Made by a program: the position numbers and the translations under genes. Of a stretch of DNA of 11,454 nt, positions 1-8,124 are shown piece by piece. Numbering within the stretch: position 1 is the first letter of the stretch; each line of letters opens with the position of its first letter. Source of the DNA: Myxococcales bacterium (lineage in GTDB: Bacteria > Myxococcota > Myxococcia > Myxococcales > Anaeromyxobacteraceae); assembly GCA_038320275.1 (NCBI GenBank), contig JBBQEB010000124.1, forward strand, positions 1 through 11,454. Direction: 5' to 3'. A model generated the notes under the pieces. The model made no database searches. It saw nothing but the letters and a program-made list of their open reading frames with translations, and had not been told where the DNA came from.

Positions 1-813
1 CGCTGCGAGATCAAGAACATGAACTCGTTCCGCTTCCTGGAGGCGGCCATCGACTACGAGGCGCGTCGGCAGGTGGAGCTTCTGGAGGGCGGAGGAACGG
101 TGCGGCAGGAGACGCGCCTCTTCGACCCGGTCCGCGGCGAGACCCGCGCCATGCGCTCCAAGGAGGACGCGCACGACTACCGCTACTTCCCCGAGCCCGA
201 CCTCCCGCCGCTGACGGTGGACGCGGACCTGGTGGAGCGGATGCGCCGCTCGCTCCCCGAGCTTCCGCGCGCCCGCGCAGCCCGCTACGAGAAGGAGCTC
301 GGGCTCGCCGCGCACGAGGCGGGGCTCCTGTCGGCCGACCGCGCGTTGGCGAGCTTCTTCGAGGAGGCGATCGCCGCGCACGGCGGGGGCGCGCCGGCCG
401 CGAAGCGGCTCGCGAACTGGCTGGTGGGCGACGTGGCGCGGCTCGCGAATGAGAGCGGACTCGCTCCGGGCGACTGGAAGCTCACGCCGGCGCGGCTGGC
501 GGTGCTGGTGAAGCTGATCGAGGACGGGACGCTCTCCGGCCCCGGCGCCAAGGAGGCGCTCGACGAGGTCTTCCGCACCGGCGCCGAGCCGGCCGAGGTG
601 GTCCGGGCGCGGGGGCTGGCGCAGGTGTCGGACGAGGGCGCGGTGGCGGAGGTGGTCGATCACGTCCTCGCGGCCCACGCAGACGCGGTCGCGAAGTACC
701 GAGGCGGAAAGACGAACCTCCTCGGGTTCTTCGTCGGCCAGGTGATGAAGGAGCTGCGGGGGAAGGGAAACCCGGCGCTCGTGAACGCGCTCGTGCGCGA
801 AAGGCTGGGGTGA
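1..813 (+). CDS. gatB: Asp-tRNA(Asn)/Glu-tRNA(Gln) amidotransferase subunit B, 5'-partial
   Basis: The frame is open from base 1 (RCEIKNMNSFRF). It has the GatB motifs QETRLFD and MRSKEDAHDYRYFPEPDLPP and a C-terminal YqeY-like tail GFFVGQVMKELRGKGNP. Confidence 0.97.
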   Translation, partial: RCEIKNMNSFRFLEAAIDYEARRQVELLEGGGTVRQETRLFDPVRGETRAMRSKEDAHDYRYFPEPDLPPLTVDADLVERMRRSLPELPRARAARYEKELGLAAHEAGLLSADRALASFFEEAIAAHGGGAPAAKRLANWLVGDVARLANESGLAPGDWKLTPARLAVLVKLIEDGTLSGPGAKEALDEVFRTGAEPAEVVRARGLAQVSDEGAVAEVVDHVLAAHADAVAKYRGGKTNLLGFFVGQVMKELRGKGNPALVNALVRERLG

Positions 814-817
814 GAGG

Positions 818-1027
818 ATGGCGTGGGCTGGTTGGGGCGCGGGCACGGCTGGGGCGGGATCGGTGGGCGGGCCCTCGCGGCTCTTCCTCATCCTCGCGCT
901 CGCCGCTGCGGCCGTCGTGGCGCTCCTCCTCCTGCGCGACGGCAAGTGGGTCGAGGGAGGTCTTGCCGGCGCTGCCGCCGCCTACTTCGCGCTCAGGCTC
1001 TTCGCGGGCCTGGGACGGGCGAAGTGA
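818..1027 (+). CDS. Small hypothetical membrane protein (69 aa, two hydrophobic segments; the true start may be a downstream GTG)
   Basis: It fills the gatB-mtnA gap, starting 4 nt after the gatB stop and ending 2 nt before the mtnA ATG. Hydrophobic stretches are [18 protein letters not shown] and [19 protein letters not shown]. Confidence 0.65.
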   Translation: MAWAGWGAGTAGAGSVGGPSRLFLILALAAAAVVALLLLRDGKWVEGGLAGAAAAYFALRLFAGLGRAK

Positions 1028-1029
1028 CC

Positions 1030-2067
1030 ATGGCGAAACGTGAACCTCTCCGGCCGGTCCTGTACGACGACGCTCGCGACGAGGTGCGACTCCTCGACCA
1101 GCGGCGCTTGCCGGCCGAGGAGACCTGGCTCGCGCTCGGGAGCTCCGCGGCGGTGGCGGAGGCCATCCGCACTCTGGCGGTGCGCGGGGCGCCGGCCATC
1201 GGTGTGGCGGCGGCCTACGCGCTCGCCTGCGATGCCCGGCGCGGGGCCTCGACGGAGGCGCTCCGGGCTGCCGCGGACCACCTCGTGGCGGCCCGGCCCA
1301 CTGCCGTGAACCTCGCGTGGGCGGTGCGGCGCATGGCGGAGCGGTTCGAGGCGGGAGCCGGCGCGCTGCTTCGCGAGGCGCACCTCGTCCGCGACGAGGA
1401 CGAGGCGGCCTGCCGGCGCATCGGCGCGCTGGGCGCCGCCCTCATCCCCGACCGGGCCCGCATCCTCACCCATTGCAACGCGGGGGCGCTCGCCACCGCC
1501 GGCTATGGCACCGCGCTGGGGGTGGTGCGCGCGGCCTTCGAGAGCGGCAACGCCATCGCCGTCTTCGCCGACGAGACGCGCCCCTTCCTGCAGGGCGCGC
1601 GGCTCACCGCCTGGGAGCTCCAGCGCGACGGCATCCCGGTGACCCTCCTCACCGATGGGATGGCGGGCTGGCTCATGCTCAAGGGCGAGATCGCGTGCGT
1701 GGTGGTCGGCGCGGATCGCATCGCCGCCAACGGCGACGTGGCGAACAAGATCGGAACCTACGCGCTCTCGGTGCTTGCGCGCCATCACGGGCTGCCCTTC
1801 TACGTCGCCGCGCCCTGGAGCACGGTCGATCTCGCCACCGCCTGCGGCGAGGACATCCCCATCGAGGAGCGCGAGAGCGACGAGGTGGTGACCCTGGCCG
1901 GGCAGCGGATCGCCCCCGTCGGCGTGCTGGCGCGCTACCCCGCCTTCGACGTCACCCCGGCCGGGCTCGTCACCGCCATCATCACCGAGCGCGGCGTGGT
2001 GCACGCGCCATCTGCCAAGGGGCTCCGCGGGCTGGCGGGGCTCGCCGGTTCTGCCGCGCCGCATTAA
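1030..2067 (+). CDS. mtnA: S-methyl-5-thioribose-1-phosphate isomerase (eIF-2B alpha/beta/delta family)
   Basis: Motifs [66 protein letters not shown] and PAFDVTP are present. Start taken at ATG 1030 (MAKREPL). Confidence 0.96.
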   Translation: MAKREPLRPVLYDDARDEVRLLDQRRLPAEETWLALGSSAAVAEAIRTLAVRGAPAIGVAAAYALACDARRGASTEALRAAADHLVAARPTAVNLAWAVRRMAERFEAGAGALLREAHLVRDEDEAACRRIGALGAALIPDRARILTHCNAGALATAGYGTALGVVRAAFESGNAIAVFADETRPFLQGARLTAWELQRDGIPVTLLTDGMAGWLMLKGEIACVVVGADRIAANGDVANKIGTYALSVLARHHGLPFYVAAPWSTVDLATACGEDIPIEERESDEVVTLAGQRIAPVGVLARYPAFDVTPAGLVTAIITERGVVHAPSAKGLRGLAGLAGSAAPH

Positions 2068-2077
2068 CTTCATCCCC

Positions 2078-2548
2078 GTGCCCTCTCCTCGCACCTGTCC
2101 TGCCTGCGGAAAGCCCCAGGGCACCAGCGCCGCGTGCCTCTCCTGCCGCGACGCGGCCGCCCGCGAGCTCGCCGATGGCGCCCGCGACGTCACCGACCAG
2201 GGGGCGCTCGAGGCCCGCGTGGAGGCGGTCGGCCGCTTCCTCGATCGGCCGCCCTGGTATGTCCGGCTCGCGGCCGGCACGCTCCTCACCAGACTGCGCC
2301 TCCTCTGGATGCTGCTCGGCGACTACGCCCGCGGCCGCTACCGGAAGATCCCCTGGAAGACGGTGGCGATCTGCGCTGGAGCGGTGGGCTACGTCATCTC
2401 GCCCATCGACCTCATTCCCGACTGGTTCGTCCCGATCGGACTGACCGACGACATGCTCGTCCTGGCGCTGGCGTGGCGCTCGGTGAAGAACGAGCTGCGC
2501 GCGTACTGCGCCTGGAAGGGCGTCTCGCCCGCTCATTTCGGGATCTGA
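2078..2548 (+). CDS. DUF1232/YkvA-family membrane protein with an N-terminal CxxC-x9-CxxC motif
   Basis: YVISPIDLIPDWFVPIGLTDD matches the YkvA/DUF1232 signature (Y.xSPxDLIPDxxPxxGxxDD). The N-terminus reads CPAC...CLSC. GTG start. Confidence 0.85.
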   Translation: MPSPRTCPACGKPQGTSAACLSCRDAAARELADGARDVTDQGALEARVEAVGRFLDRPPWYVRLAAGTLLTRLRLLWMLLGDYARGRYRKIPWKTVAICAGAVGYVISPIDLIPDWFVPIGLTDDMLVLALAWRSVKNELRAYCAWKGVSPAHFGI

Positions 2549-2597
2549 GCGCCCGCGTGGCCCGGCGCCGCTTCTGTGGCCGGGTTATCCGTCGAAC

Positions 2598-3557
2598 GTG
2601 CCCACGCGCTCACCCCACGCCGTTCACCCCCGCAAGCGCGTCCAGAGCCTCGGCGTCGGCCGGGAGGTCGTCTCCATCGGGCTCGCGCAGGGGCCGCTGC
2701 ACGACCTCTATCACGCCCTCCTCACCATGCCCTGGCGCCGCTTCTTCGCGCTGGTCTTCGTCGGCTATCTCGGGGTCAACGCTCTCTTCGCGCTGGGGTA
2801 CTACGAGCTCGGGGACGCCATCGAGAACGCGCGGCGCGGCTCCTTCGTGGACGACTTCTTCTTCAGCGTCCAGACCCTCGCCACCATCGGTTACGGCAAG
2901 ATGGCCCCCGCCACCTTGGGGGCCAACATCCTCGTGAGCGTCGAGGCGCTGCTCGGGATGATCGGCCTCGCGGTGACCACCGGGCTCGTGTTCGCCCGCT
3001 TCTCTCGCCCCACCTCGCGCGTGGTCTTCAGCGACGTGGCGGTGGTGAGGCCCTACGACGGCGTCCCCTCGCTCATGTTCCGGATGGCGAACGCGCGCGG
3101 CAACGGCATCGGCGAGGCGCGGGTGAAGCTCTCCCTGGTGCGCAACGAGCTCACCCGCGAGGGCGAGCCGGTCCGGCGCATCCACGAGCTGCGGCTCTTG
3201 CGGAGCGAGTCGGCCATGTTCGTGCTCACCTGGACCGCCATCCACCCCATCGACGCGGAGAGCCCGCTCGCCGGTTGGACGCACGGCTCTCTGCGCGAGG
3301 CCCTCTCTGACTTCGTGGTGTCGCTGACAGGCGTGGACGAGGGGCTCGCCCAGGCGATCCACGCGCGCCACTCCTACCGGATCGACGACGTGCGCTGGAA
3401 CGCGCGCTTCGTCGATATCCTCACCCCCGGGCCGGAGCGGAGCGTCATCGACTACCGCCGGTTCCACGACGTGGAGCCGCTGCCCGCGCCGGCCCTGCCG
3501 CAAGGGACCGCTCCGCGCGATCAGGGCACTTCGGTGGAATCCCAGCTCGTCCGGTAG
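2598..3557 (+). CDS. Inward-rectifier potassium channel (KirBac-like)
   Basis: It has the slide helix DLYHALLTMPW, two TM helices, the pore FFFSVQTLATIGYG, the FARF motif, and a cytoplasmic domain with LMFRMANAR, HPIDAESPL, ARHSY and IDYRRFH. Confidence 0.93.
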   Translation: MPTRSPHAVHPRKRVQSLGVGREVVSIGLAQGPLHDLYHALLTMPWRRFFALVFVGYLGVNALFALGYYELGDAIENARRGSFVDDFFFSVQTLATIGYGKMAPATLGANILVSVEALLGMIGLAVTTGLVFARFSRPTSRVVFSDVAVVRPYDGVPSLMFRMANARGNGIGEARVKLSLVRNELTREGEPVRRIHELRLLRSESAMFVLTWTAIHPIDAESPLAGWTHGSLREALSDFVVSLTGVDEGLAQAIHARHSYRIDDVRWNARFVDILTPGPERSVIDYRRFHDVEPLPAPALPQGTAPRDQGTSVESQLVR

Positions 3558-4348
3558 CCCTCGTCCAGGCCGTCGAGCGCTTCGAGCCCCTCAGGCGAGA
3601 GCTCGAAGTCGAAGACCTGCGCGTTCTCGGCGATGCGCGCGGGGTGGACCGACTTGGGCAGGACGGCGAACCCGTGCTGAAGACCCCACCGAAGCAGCAC
3701 CTGCGCCGGCGTCCGCGCGTGCGCCGCGGCCACCTCGAGCACCACCGGGTGATCCATGCGCTGAGCCTTCACCAGCGGCGCATACGCCTCCAGCTGGATC
3801 CCTCGGGCCTGGCAGAAGATCGTGAGCTCCCGCTGCTGGAGGAAGGGATGGAGCTCCACCTGATCCACCGACGGGGGGACGGGCGATTCCCCCAGGAGCT
3901 CCTCCAGATGACGGACCGTGTAATTGGAGACCCCGATCGCGCGCAACCGCCCCTCCTCCTGCAGCTTCACCAGCGCGCGCCAGCTCTCCTTGCGCACGCG
4001 CTCGACCGGGTAGTGGACGAGGTAGAGGTCCACCGCGCGCTCGCCCAGCCGGGCCTGGCTGGCGTCGAAGGCGCGCAGCGCGGCGTCGTAGCCCTGGTCG
4101 TTGTTCCACAGCTTCGTCGTGACGAAGACCTCCGCGCGCGGAACACCGCTCTCCGCGATGGCGGCTGCCACGTCGCGCTCGTTTCCGTACACCCGGGCGG
4201 TGTCGATGTGCCGGTAGCCGAGCTGGAGGGCGGTGCGGACGGCGGTGCGCGTCTCCGCACCGGGGCGGGCCTGGTAGACGCCGAAGCCGAGCACCGGGAG
4301 GGCAGCGCCGCCGTGCAGGGGCAGGGTGCTCGTGATCGAGAGGGCCAT
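3521..4348 (-). CDS. Aldo/keto reductase (AKR5/2,5-DKG reductase-like); alternative start at 4357
   Basis: Motifs LGFGVYQ, GYRHIDTARVYGNE, FVTTKLWN, DLYLVHYP, IGVSNY, QVELHP and LPKSVHPARIAEN are present. The upstream part of the 652-aa ORF is antisense shadow. Confidence 0.95.
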   Translation of the reverse strand: MALSITSTLPLHGGAALPVLGFGVYQARPGAETRTAVRTALQLGYRHIDTARVYGNERDVAAAIAESGVPRAEVFVTTKLWNNDQGYDAALRAFDASQARLGERAVDLYLVHYPVERVRKESWRALVKLQEEGRLRAIGVSNYTVRHLEELLGESPVPPSVDQVELHPFLQQRELTIFCQARGIQLEAYAPLVKAQRMDHPVVLEVAAAHARTPAQVLLRWGLQHGFAVLPKSVHPARIAENAQVFDFELSPEGLEALDGLDEGYRTSWDSTEVP

Positions 4349-4434
4349 GCGGAGCATTTCTCCCGGCGGCGCGCGGCCCGCAACGGGCAGGTGCGGGCCC
4401 CCTCTCCCAGCGCCGGGCGAAGTGGCCGGAATCC

Positions 4435-4464
4435 TTGACACGCGCGCAGCCTTTACCGTATAGA
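4435..4464 (+). promoter_or_regulatory. Putative sigma70-type promoter for rplU-rpmA
   Basis: A perfect TTGACA (4435-4440), an 18-nt spacer and TATAGA (4459-4464) lie about 100 nt upstream of rplU. A Shine-Dalgarno AAGGAG is at 4550-4555. Confidence 0.65.
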
Positions 4465-4561
4465 ACCGCCCTCCCGGAGCCCGGGGCGGCCTCTCGCGCC
4501 CGCGCGGGAAGCCAATGTTTCCCCTGGAAGCTCCAGCGATTTCGAGCACAAGGAGTGGCCG

Positions 4562-4867
4562 ATGTACGCGGTGATCCGGACCGGCGGCAAGCAGTACCGC
4601 GTCGCGCAGGGCGACCGTCTCAAGATCGAGAAGCTCGAGGCGGGCGTCGGCGACACGCTCACGTTCGAGGTGCTGCTCATCGGCGGTGAAGGCGAGGCGA
4701 GGGTGGGCAGCCCCATCGTCGCCGGCGCCGCCGTCGAGGCGACGGTCCTCGGAGAGGACAAGCACAAGAAGGTCATCAACTTCCGCAAGAAGAAGGAAGG
4801 CTGGACCAAGAAGCGCGGTCACCGCCAGCCGTTCACCGAGGTCGTCATCACCGCGGTCCGCGCGTAA
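4562..4867 (+). CDS. rplU: 50S ribosomal protein L21
   Basis: [14 protein letters not shown]...[10 protein letters not shown], 101 aa, with a strong SD. Confidence 0.98.
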   Translation: MYAVIRTGGKQYRVAQGDRLKIEKLEAGVGDTLTFEVLLIGGEGEARVGSPIVAGAAVEATVLGEDKHKKVINFRKKKEGWTKKRGHRQPFTEVVITAVRA

Positions 4868-4879
4868 GAGGAGAGCACC

Positions 4880-5230
4880 ATGGCTCACAAGAAGGGACAG
4901 GGCTCCAGCCGCAACGGGCGCGACTCCCCCGGACAGCACCGCGGCATCAAGATCTACGGTTCCGAGGTGGTCGTCGCGGGCAACATCATCGTCCGCCAGT
5001 GCGGCACCCTCGTGCACCCGGGCCAGAACGTCGGCATGGGGCGCGACTACACGCTCTTCGCGAAGGTGGATGGCACCGTGAAGTACAGCCGCCACCGCGG
5101 CGATCGGCGCGTCGTCTCCATCCTGCCCAGGGCAGAGGCGGCGGCTGTCGCCGTCCAGCCGCCGCAGAACGAGGCCGCCGAGGCTCCAGGCGCGGGCGAG
5201 GTCGTCCCGTCCGAGGCGCCAGCGGCCTGA
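4880..5230 (+). CDS. rpmA: 50S ribosomal protein L27 with C-terminal extension
   Basis: [16 protein letters not shown]...[24 protein letters not shown], directly after rplU, with SD GAGGAG. Confidence 0.98.
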   Translation: MAHKKGQGSSRNGRDSPGQHRGIKIYGSEVVVAGNIIVRQCGTLVHPGQNVGMGRDYTLFAKVDGTVKYSRHRGDRRVVSILPRAEAAAVAVQPPQNEAAEAPGAGEVVPSEAPAA

Positions 5231-5262
5231 TCGGGCTCGATCCGACGGCCGTTCAGCGCACC

Positions 5263-5302
5263 GCGCCGCGTGGCTTCCGAAGCCCCGCGGCGCTTCGTAT
5301 TT
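5263..5302 (+). terminator. Putative intrinsic terminator/attenuator between rpmA and obgE
   Basis: The stem GCGCCGCG-T-GGCTT / AAGCC-C-CGCGGCGC (13 bp with one mismatch, 5263-5293) is followed by an imperfect T-rich tract TTCGTATTT. Confidence 0.55.
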
Positions 5303-5315
5303 GTGGGGTGAGCAC

Positions 5316-6386
5316 GTGAAGTTCGTCGACGAGGTCCGCATCCATGTGAAGGCCGGCGACGGCGGCGACGGCGCCGTGGCGTGGCGGCGGGAGAAGTTCA
5401 TCCCGCGCGGAGGGCCGGCCGGCGGTGACGGCGCCGACGGCGGAAATGTCGTCCTCGTCGTCGACCCGCAGCTCGCCACCCTCCTCGACTACCGCTACGT
5501 GCACGAGCACAAGGCCAAGAGCGGCGAGCACGGGCGCGGCTCGGACCAGAACGGACACGCCGGGGCGCACCTCGAGCTTCGCGTTCCGCCGGGCACGCTC
5601 GTGCGCGATGCCGCCACCTCCGAGCTGGTGGCCGATCTCGCCGCGCCCGGCGATCGCGTGGTGGTCGCCAAGGGCGGCCACGGCGGCCTCGGCAACATGA
5701 ACTTCGCCACCTCGGTGAACCAGGCGCCGCGCTACGCCGAGCCGGGCACGCCGGGCGAGGAGCGCGACCTCGTCCTCGAGCTGAAGCTCCTCGCCGACGT
5801 CGGCATCGTGGGCTTTCCCAACGCCGGCAAGTCCACCCTCATCAGCCGCATCTCCCGCGCCCGCCCGAAGATCGCCGACTACCCCTTCACCACGCTGGTG
5901 CCGAACCTGGGCGTCGTCTCCTGGCGCGGCGAGAAGAGCTTCGTCGTCGCGGACATCCCGGGGCTCGTCGAGGGCGCGCACGAGGGGGCCGGCCTGGGGC
6001 ACCAGTTCCTCCGCCACGTGGAGCGCTGCCGCGTGCTGGTGCACCTCGTCGATGGTGCCGCGCAGGGCGAGGGGCGCGCGCCCAAGGCAGACCTGGAGGC
6101 CATCGACCGCGAGCTCGCGCTGCACTCGCCCGAGCTGGCCGCGAAGCCGCAGATCGTCGCCGTCAGCAAGATCGACGTGCCCGACGCGAAGGAGGCGGCC
6201 GCCGCGCTGAGGCGGGCGCTGGCGCGGCGCAAGAAGAAGCCGCTCGCGGTGATCCCCATCTCGGCGGTCACCGGCGAGGGGCTCGACGCGCTCCTCGACG
6301 CGGTGGGCGCGGTGCTCTTCGACTCCGGCCGGCGCGACCGGGGCGGAGGCGGGAAGAAGCTGGGGAAGCGCCGGGCCTCCCCGTGA
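5316..6386 (+). CDS. obgE: GTPase ObgE/CgtA
   Basis: GTG start (M)KFVDEV. It has the Gly-rich Obg fold, G1 GFPNAGKST, G2 DYPFTT, G3 DIPG, G4 SKID and G5 ISA, in the usual rplU-rpmA-obg order. Confidence 0.97.
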   Translation: MKFVDEVRIHVKAGDGGDGAVAWRREKFIPRGGPAGGDGADGGNVVLVVDPQLATLLDYRYVHEHKAKSGEHGRGSDQNGHAGAHLELRVPPGTLVRDAATSELVADLAAPGDRVVVAKGGHGGLGNMNFATSVNQAPRYAEPGTPGEERDLVLELKLLADVGIVGFPNAGKSTLISRISRARPKIADYPFTTLVPNLGVVSWRGEKSFVVADIPGLVEGAHEGAGLGHQFLRHVERCRVLVHLVDGAAQGEGRAPKADLEAIDRELALHSPELAAKPQIVAVSKIDVPDAKEAAAALRRALARRKKKPLAVIPISAVTGEGLDALLDAVGAVLFDSGRRDRGGGGKKLGKRRASP

Positions 6387-7114
6387 CCCCGGATCCCAGC
6401 GCGGAGCCGGAGTTCCTGCTCCCCGAGCGCCGGGAGCGCATCGACCGCGCGGTGGCGGGACGCACCCGGACGCTCACGGTGGTGCTGGAGGCGTTCTGCG
6501 ATCCGCAGAACGTGAACGCGGTGCTCCGCACCTGCGACGCGTTCGGGATCCAGGAGGTCCACGTCGTCGAGGGGCAGATGAAGCCCTGGGACCGCAACAA
6601 GAAGATCAGCCAGAACGCCGACAAGTGGCTCGAGGTGACGCGCTGGCGCTCGACGGCCGACTGCCTGGGCGCCATCAGGGCGCGCGGCTTCGCCATCTAC
6701 GCCACCCACCTCGGCGAGGGCGCGCGCACGCTCCCGGAGCTCGCCTGGGAGGGCAATGTGGCGCTCGTCTTCGGCCACGAGAGCCGCGGGGTGTCGGACG
6801 ACGCCCTCGCGCTCTGCGACGCGCGCTATGCCATCCCCATGCGCGGGTTCGTGCAGTCGCTCAACGTCTCGGTGGCGGCGGCGGTGAGCCTGGCCCAGGC
6901 AATCGACCTCCGCGAGCGCTTCCATGGTGGCCACGCCGACCTCACCGAGGCGGATGCCGCCGCGCTGCGCCAGCGCTTCTATCTGCTGGCGGTGAAGCAG
7001 CGCAGCCGCATCGCCAAGGCGGACGCGGTGGCGGAGCGGCGACAGCGGAGGCTGCAGCCGGAGGGAGGGACCGGGCCTCATGCGGTGGAGGACGCGGCAC
7101 TGCCCGAGACGTGA
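6383..7114 (+). CDS. trmH: TrmH/SpoU-family (SPOUT) RNA 2'-O-methyltransferase, probably tRNA Gm18 methyltransferase
   Basis: Motif 1 VVLE...DPQNVNAVLRTCDAFG, motif 2 LVFGHESRGVS and motif 3 IPMRGFVQSLNVSVAA are present. It overlaps obgE by GTGA. The family call is firm; substrate specificity is inferred. Confidence 0.85.
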   Translation: MTPDPSAEPEFLLPERRERIDRAVAGRTRTLTVVLEAFCDPQNVNAVLRTCDAFGIQEVHVVEGQMKPWDRNKKISQNADKWLEVTRWRSTADCLGAIRARGFAIYATHLGEGARTLPELAWEGNVALVFGHESRGVSDDALALCDARYAIPMRGFVQSLNVSVAAAVSLAQAIDLRERFHGGHADLTEADAAALRQRFYLLAVKQRSRIAKADAVAERRQRRLQPEGGTGPHAVEDAALPET

Positions 7115-7325
7115 AGGGCGGCGCTGCCGACGGCGACGCGCTGGCTTAGAAAAAACCGCAGAGCGTTGCCCGCCAGAGCGCGAACCGCGCGCGGAGAGAT
7201 CGGGAGACGACTGCCCCTCCCCCCGGCCCGGCCTGTCGCTACTGGGCCTTCCCGGAACTTCGACAAGACAGGTCGTAATCCTCTCCCGACAGCGGGTTAA
7301 ACTCCACTGAACCGGATCAACTCCA

Positions 7326-7333
7326 GTATCTCA
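7326..7333. repeat. 8-bp target-site duplication, left copy (GTATCTCA)
   Basis: It immediately precedes the IS66 IRL and is identical to 10544-10551. An 8-bp duplication is typical of IS66. Confidence 0.92.
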
Positions 7334-7392
7334 GTACCCGCTGCACCAACCCCGGCTAGCGAGCTTGACGCTGGCGCCGCAGACTGCCGCGC

Positions 7393-7746
7393 ATGGCGGA
7401 TCGAGAGGCATGGGCGAAGCGGGTGGCGGAGTGGAAGTCGAGCGGGCTGACCTCGAGGGCGTTCTGCCAGGGGAAGGACTTCACGCCGGGGGGGCTGCGG
7501 CACATGGCCCACCGGCTCGGCGGTAGTGAGCGCCGCGGTCGTCCATCGGTCCGCATTGCACGGGTCGTGAGGCTGTCGGGGGAGCGGCCGTCGCGGGTTG
7601 AGACGCCGCAGCGGCCGGAGGTGCCCGCGGTCGTGGTCGAGTTCGGGATGGCGCGGGTGCTCGTGAAGCCGGGCGCCGACCGCGCGACCCTGGCCACCGT
7701 GGTCGAGGTGCTCACGGCGACGGTCGGCGCGAGGACCGCACAATGA
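7393..7746 (+). CDS. tnpA: IS66 accessory protein TnpA
   Basis: WAKRVAEWKSSGLTSRAFC is the typical IS66 TnpA HTH-like start. It is the first ORF inside the IRL and overlaps tnpB by ATGA. Confidence 0.88.
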   Translation: MADREAWAKRVAEWKSSGLTSRAFCQGKDFTPGGLRHMAHRLGGSERRGRPSVRIARVVRLSGERPSRVETPQRPEVPAVVVEFGMARVLVKPGADRATLATVVEVLTATVGARTAQ

Positions 7747-8090
7747 TCCCGCACGGCGTGGAGATCTTCGTCGGGCTCGACCCGATCGACCTACGCTGGA
7801 GCTTCGACCGGCTGGCCGGAATCGTGACCGAGCGCATCGGTCGGGGGGCGCGCTGCGGCGCGCTCTTCGTCTTCTTCGGCAAGCGGCGAGACGCGATCAA
7901 GGTGCTCTTCTGTGACGGCACGGGGATGTGCCTCTTCTACAAGCGGCTCGACCGCGGCACGTTCCGCCTCCCCCTCGCGACCACTGGCACGACGAGCGTG
8001 GTGATCGACGAGCGCGCGCTCGACGACCTGCTCGATGGCATTGACGTCGAGACGAAGCGAAAGAGCGCGCCAGTCGTGATGACCCATTGA
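7743..8090 (+). CDS. tnpB: IS66 accessory protein TnpB (Orf2; not the RNA-guided IS200/605 TnpB)
   Basis: PIDLRWSFDRL...LFVFFGKRRDAIKVLFCDGTGMCLFYKRLDRGTF matches the IS66 TnpB signature. Confidence 0.93.
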   Translation: MIPHGVEIFVGLDPIDLRWSFDRLAGIVTERIGRGARCGALFVFFGKRRDAIKVLFCDGTGMCLFYKRLDRGTFRLPLATTGTTSVVIDERALDDLLDGIDVETKRKSAPVVMTH

Positions 8091-8124
8091 CACTCACACC
8101 AATCACGGTACAATTGCTGTTGCG

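Noticed and set aside
823..1029. 69-aa N-terminal extension of MtnA
   Set aside because: It is Arg/Gly-rich shadow over the small membrane ORF; MtnA homology begins near ATG 1030.
4358..5479. Long N-terminal extension of the AKR (652-aa ORF)
   Set aside because: It is antisense to rplU, rpmA and obgE, a stop-poor shadow frame in GC-rich DNA. The AKR domain starts at 4348 or 4357.
7078..7266. Minus-strand 62-aa ORF with GNALRFF, resembling an amidohydrolase C-terminus
   Set aside because: The resemblance is only 7 residues, the ORF overlaps trmH, and there is no other support.
7225..7272. HDV-like or other self-cleaving ribozyme
   Set aside because: Only about 4 nt lie where P3/L3 would be needed, and no hammerhead or twister core motifs were found.
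7743..8090. tnpB as an RNA-guided nuclease with the 200-bp element as its guide RNA
   Set aside because: This is the 115-aa IS66 accessory TnpB with no RuvC or zinc-finger motifs; it shares only the name with IS200/605 TnpB.
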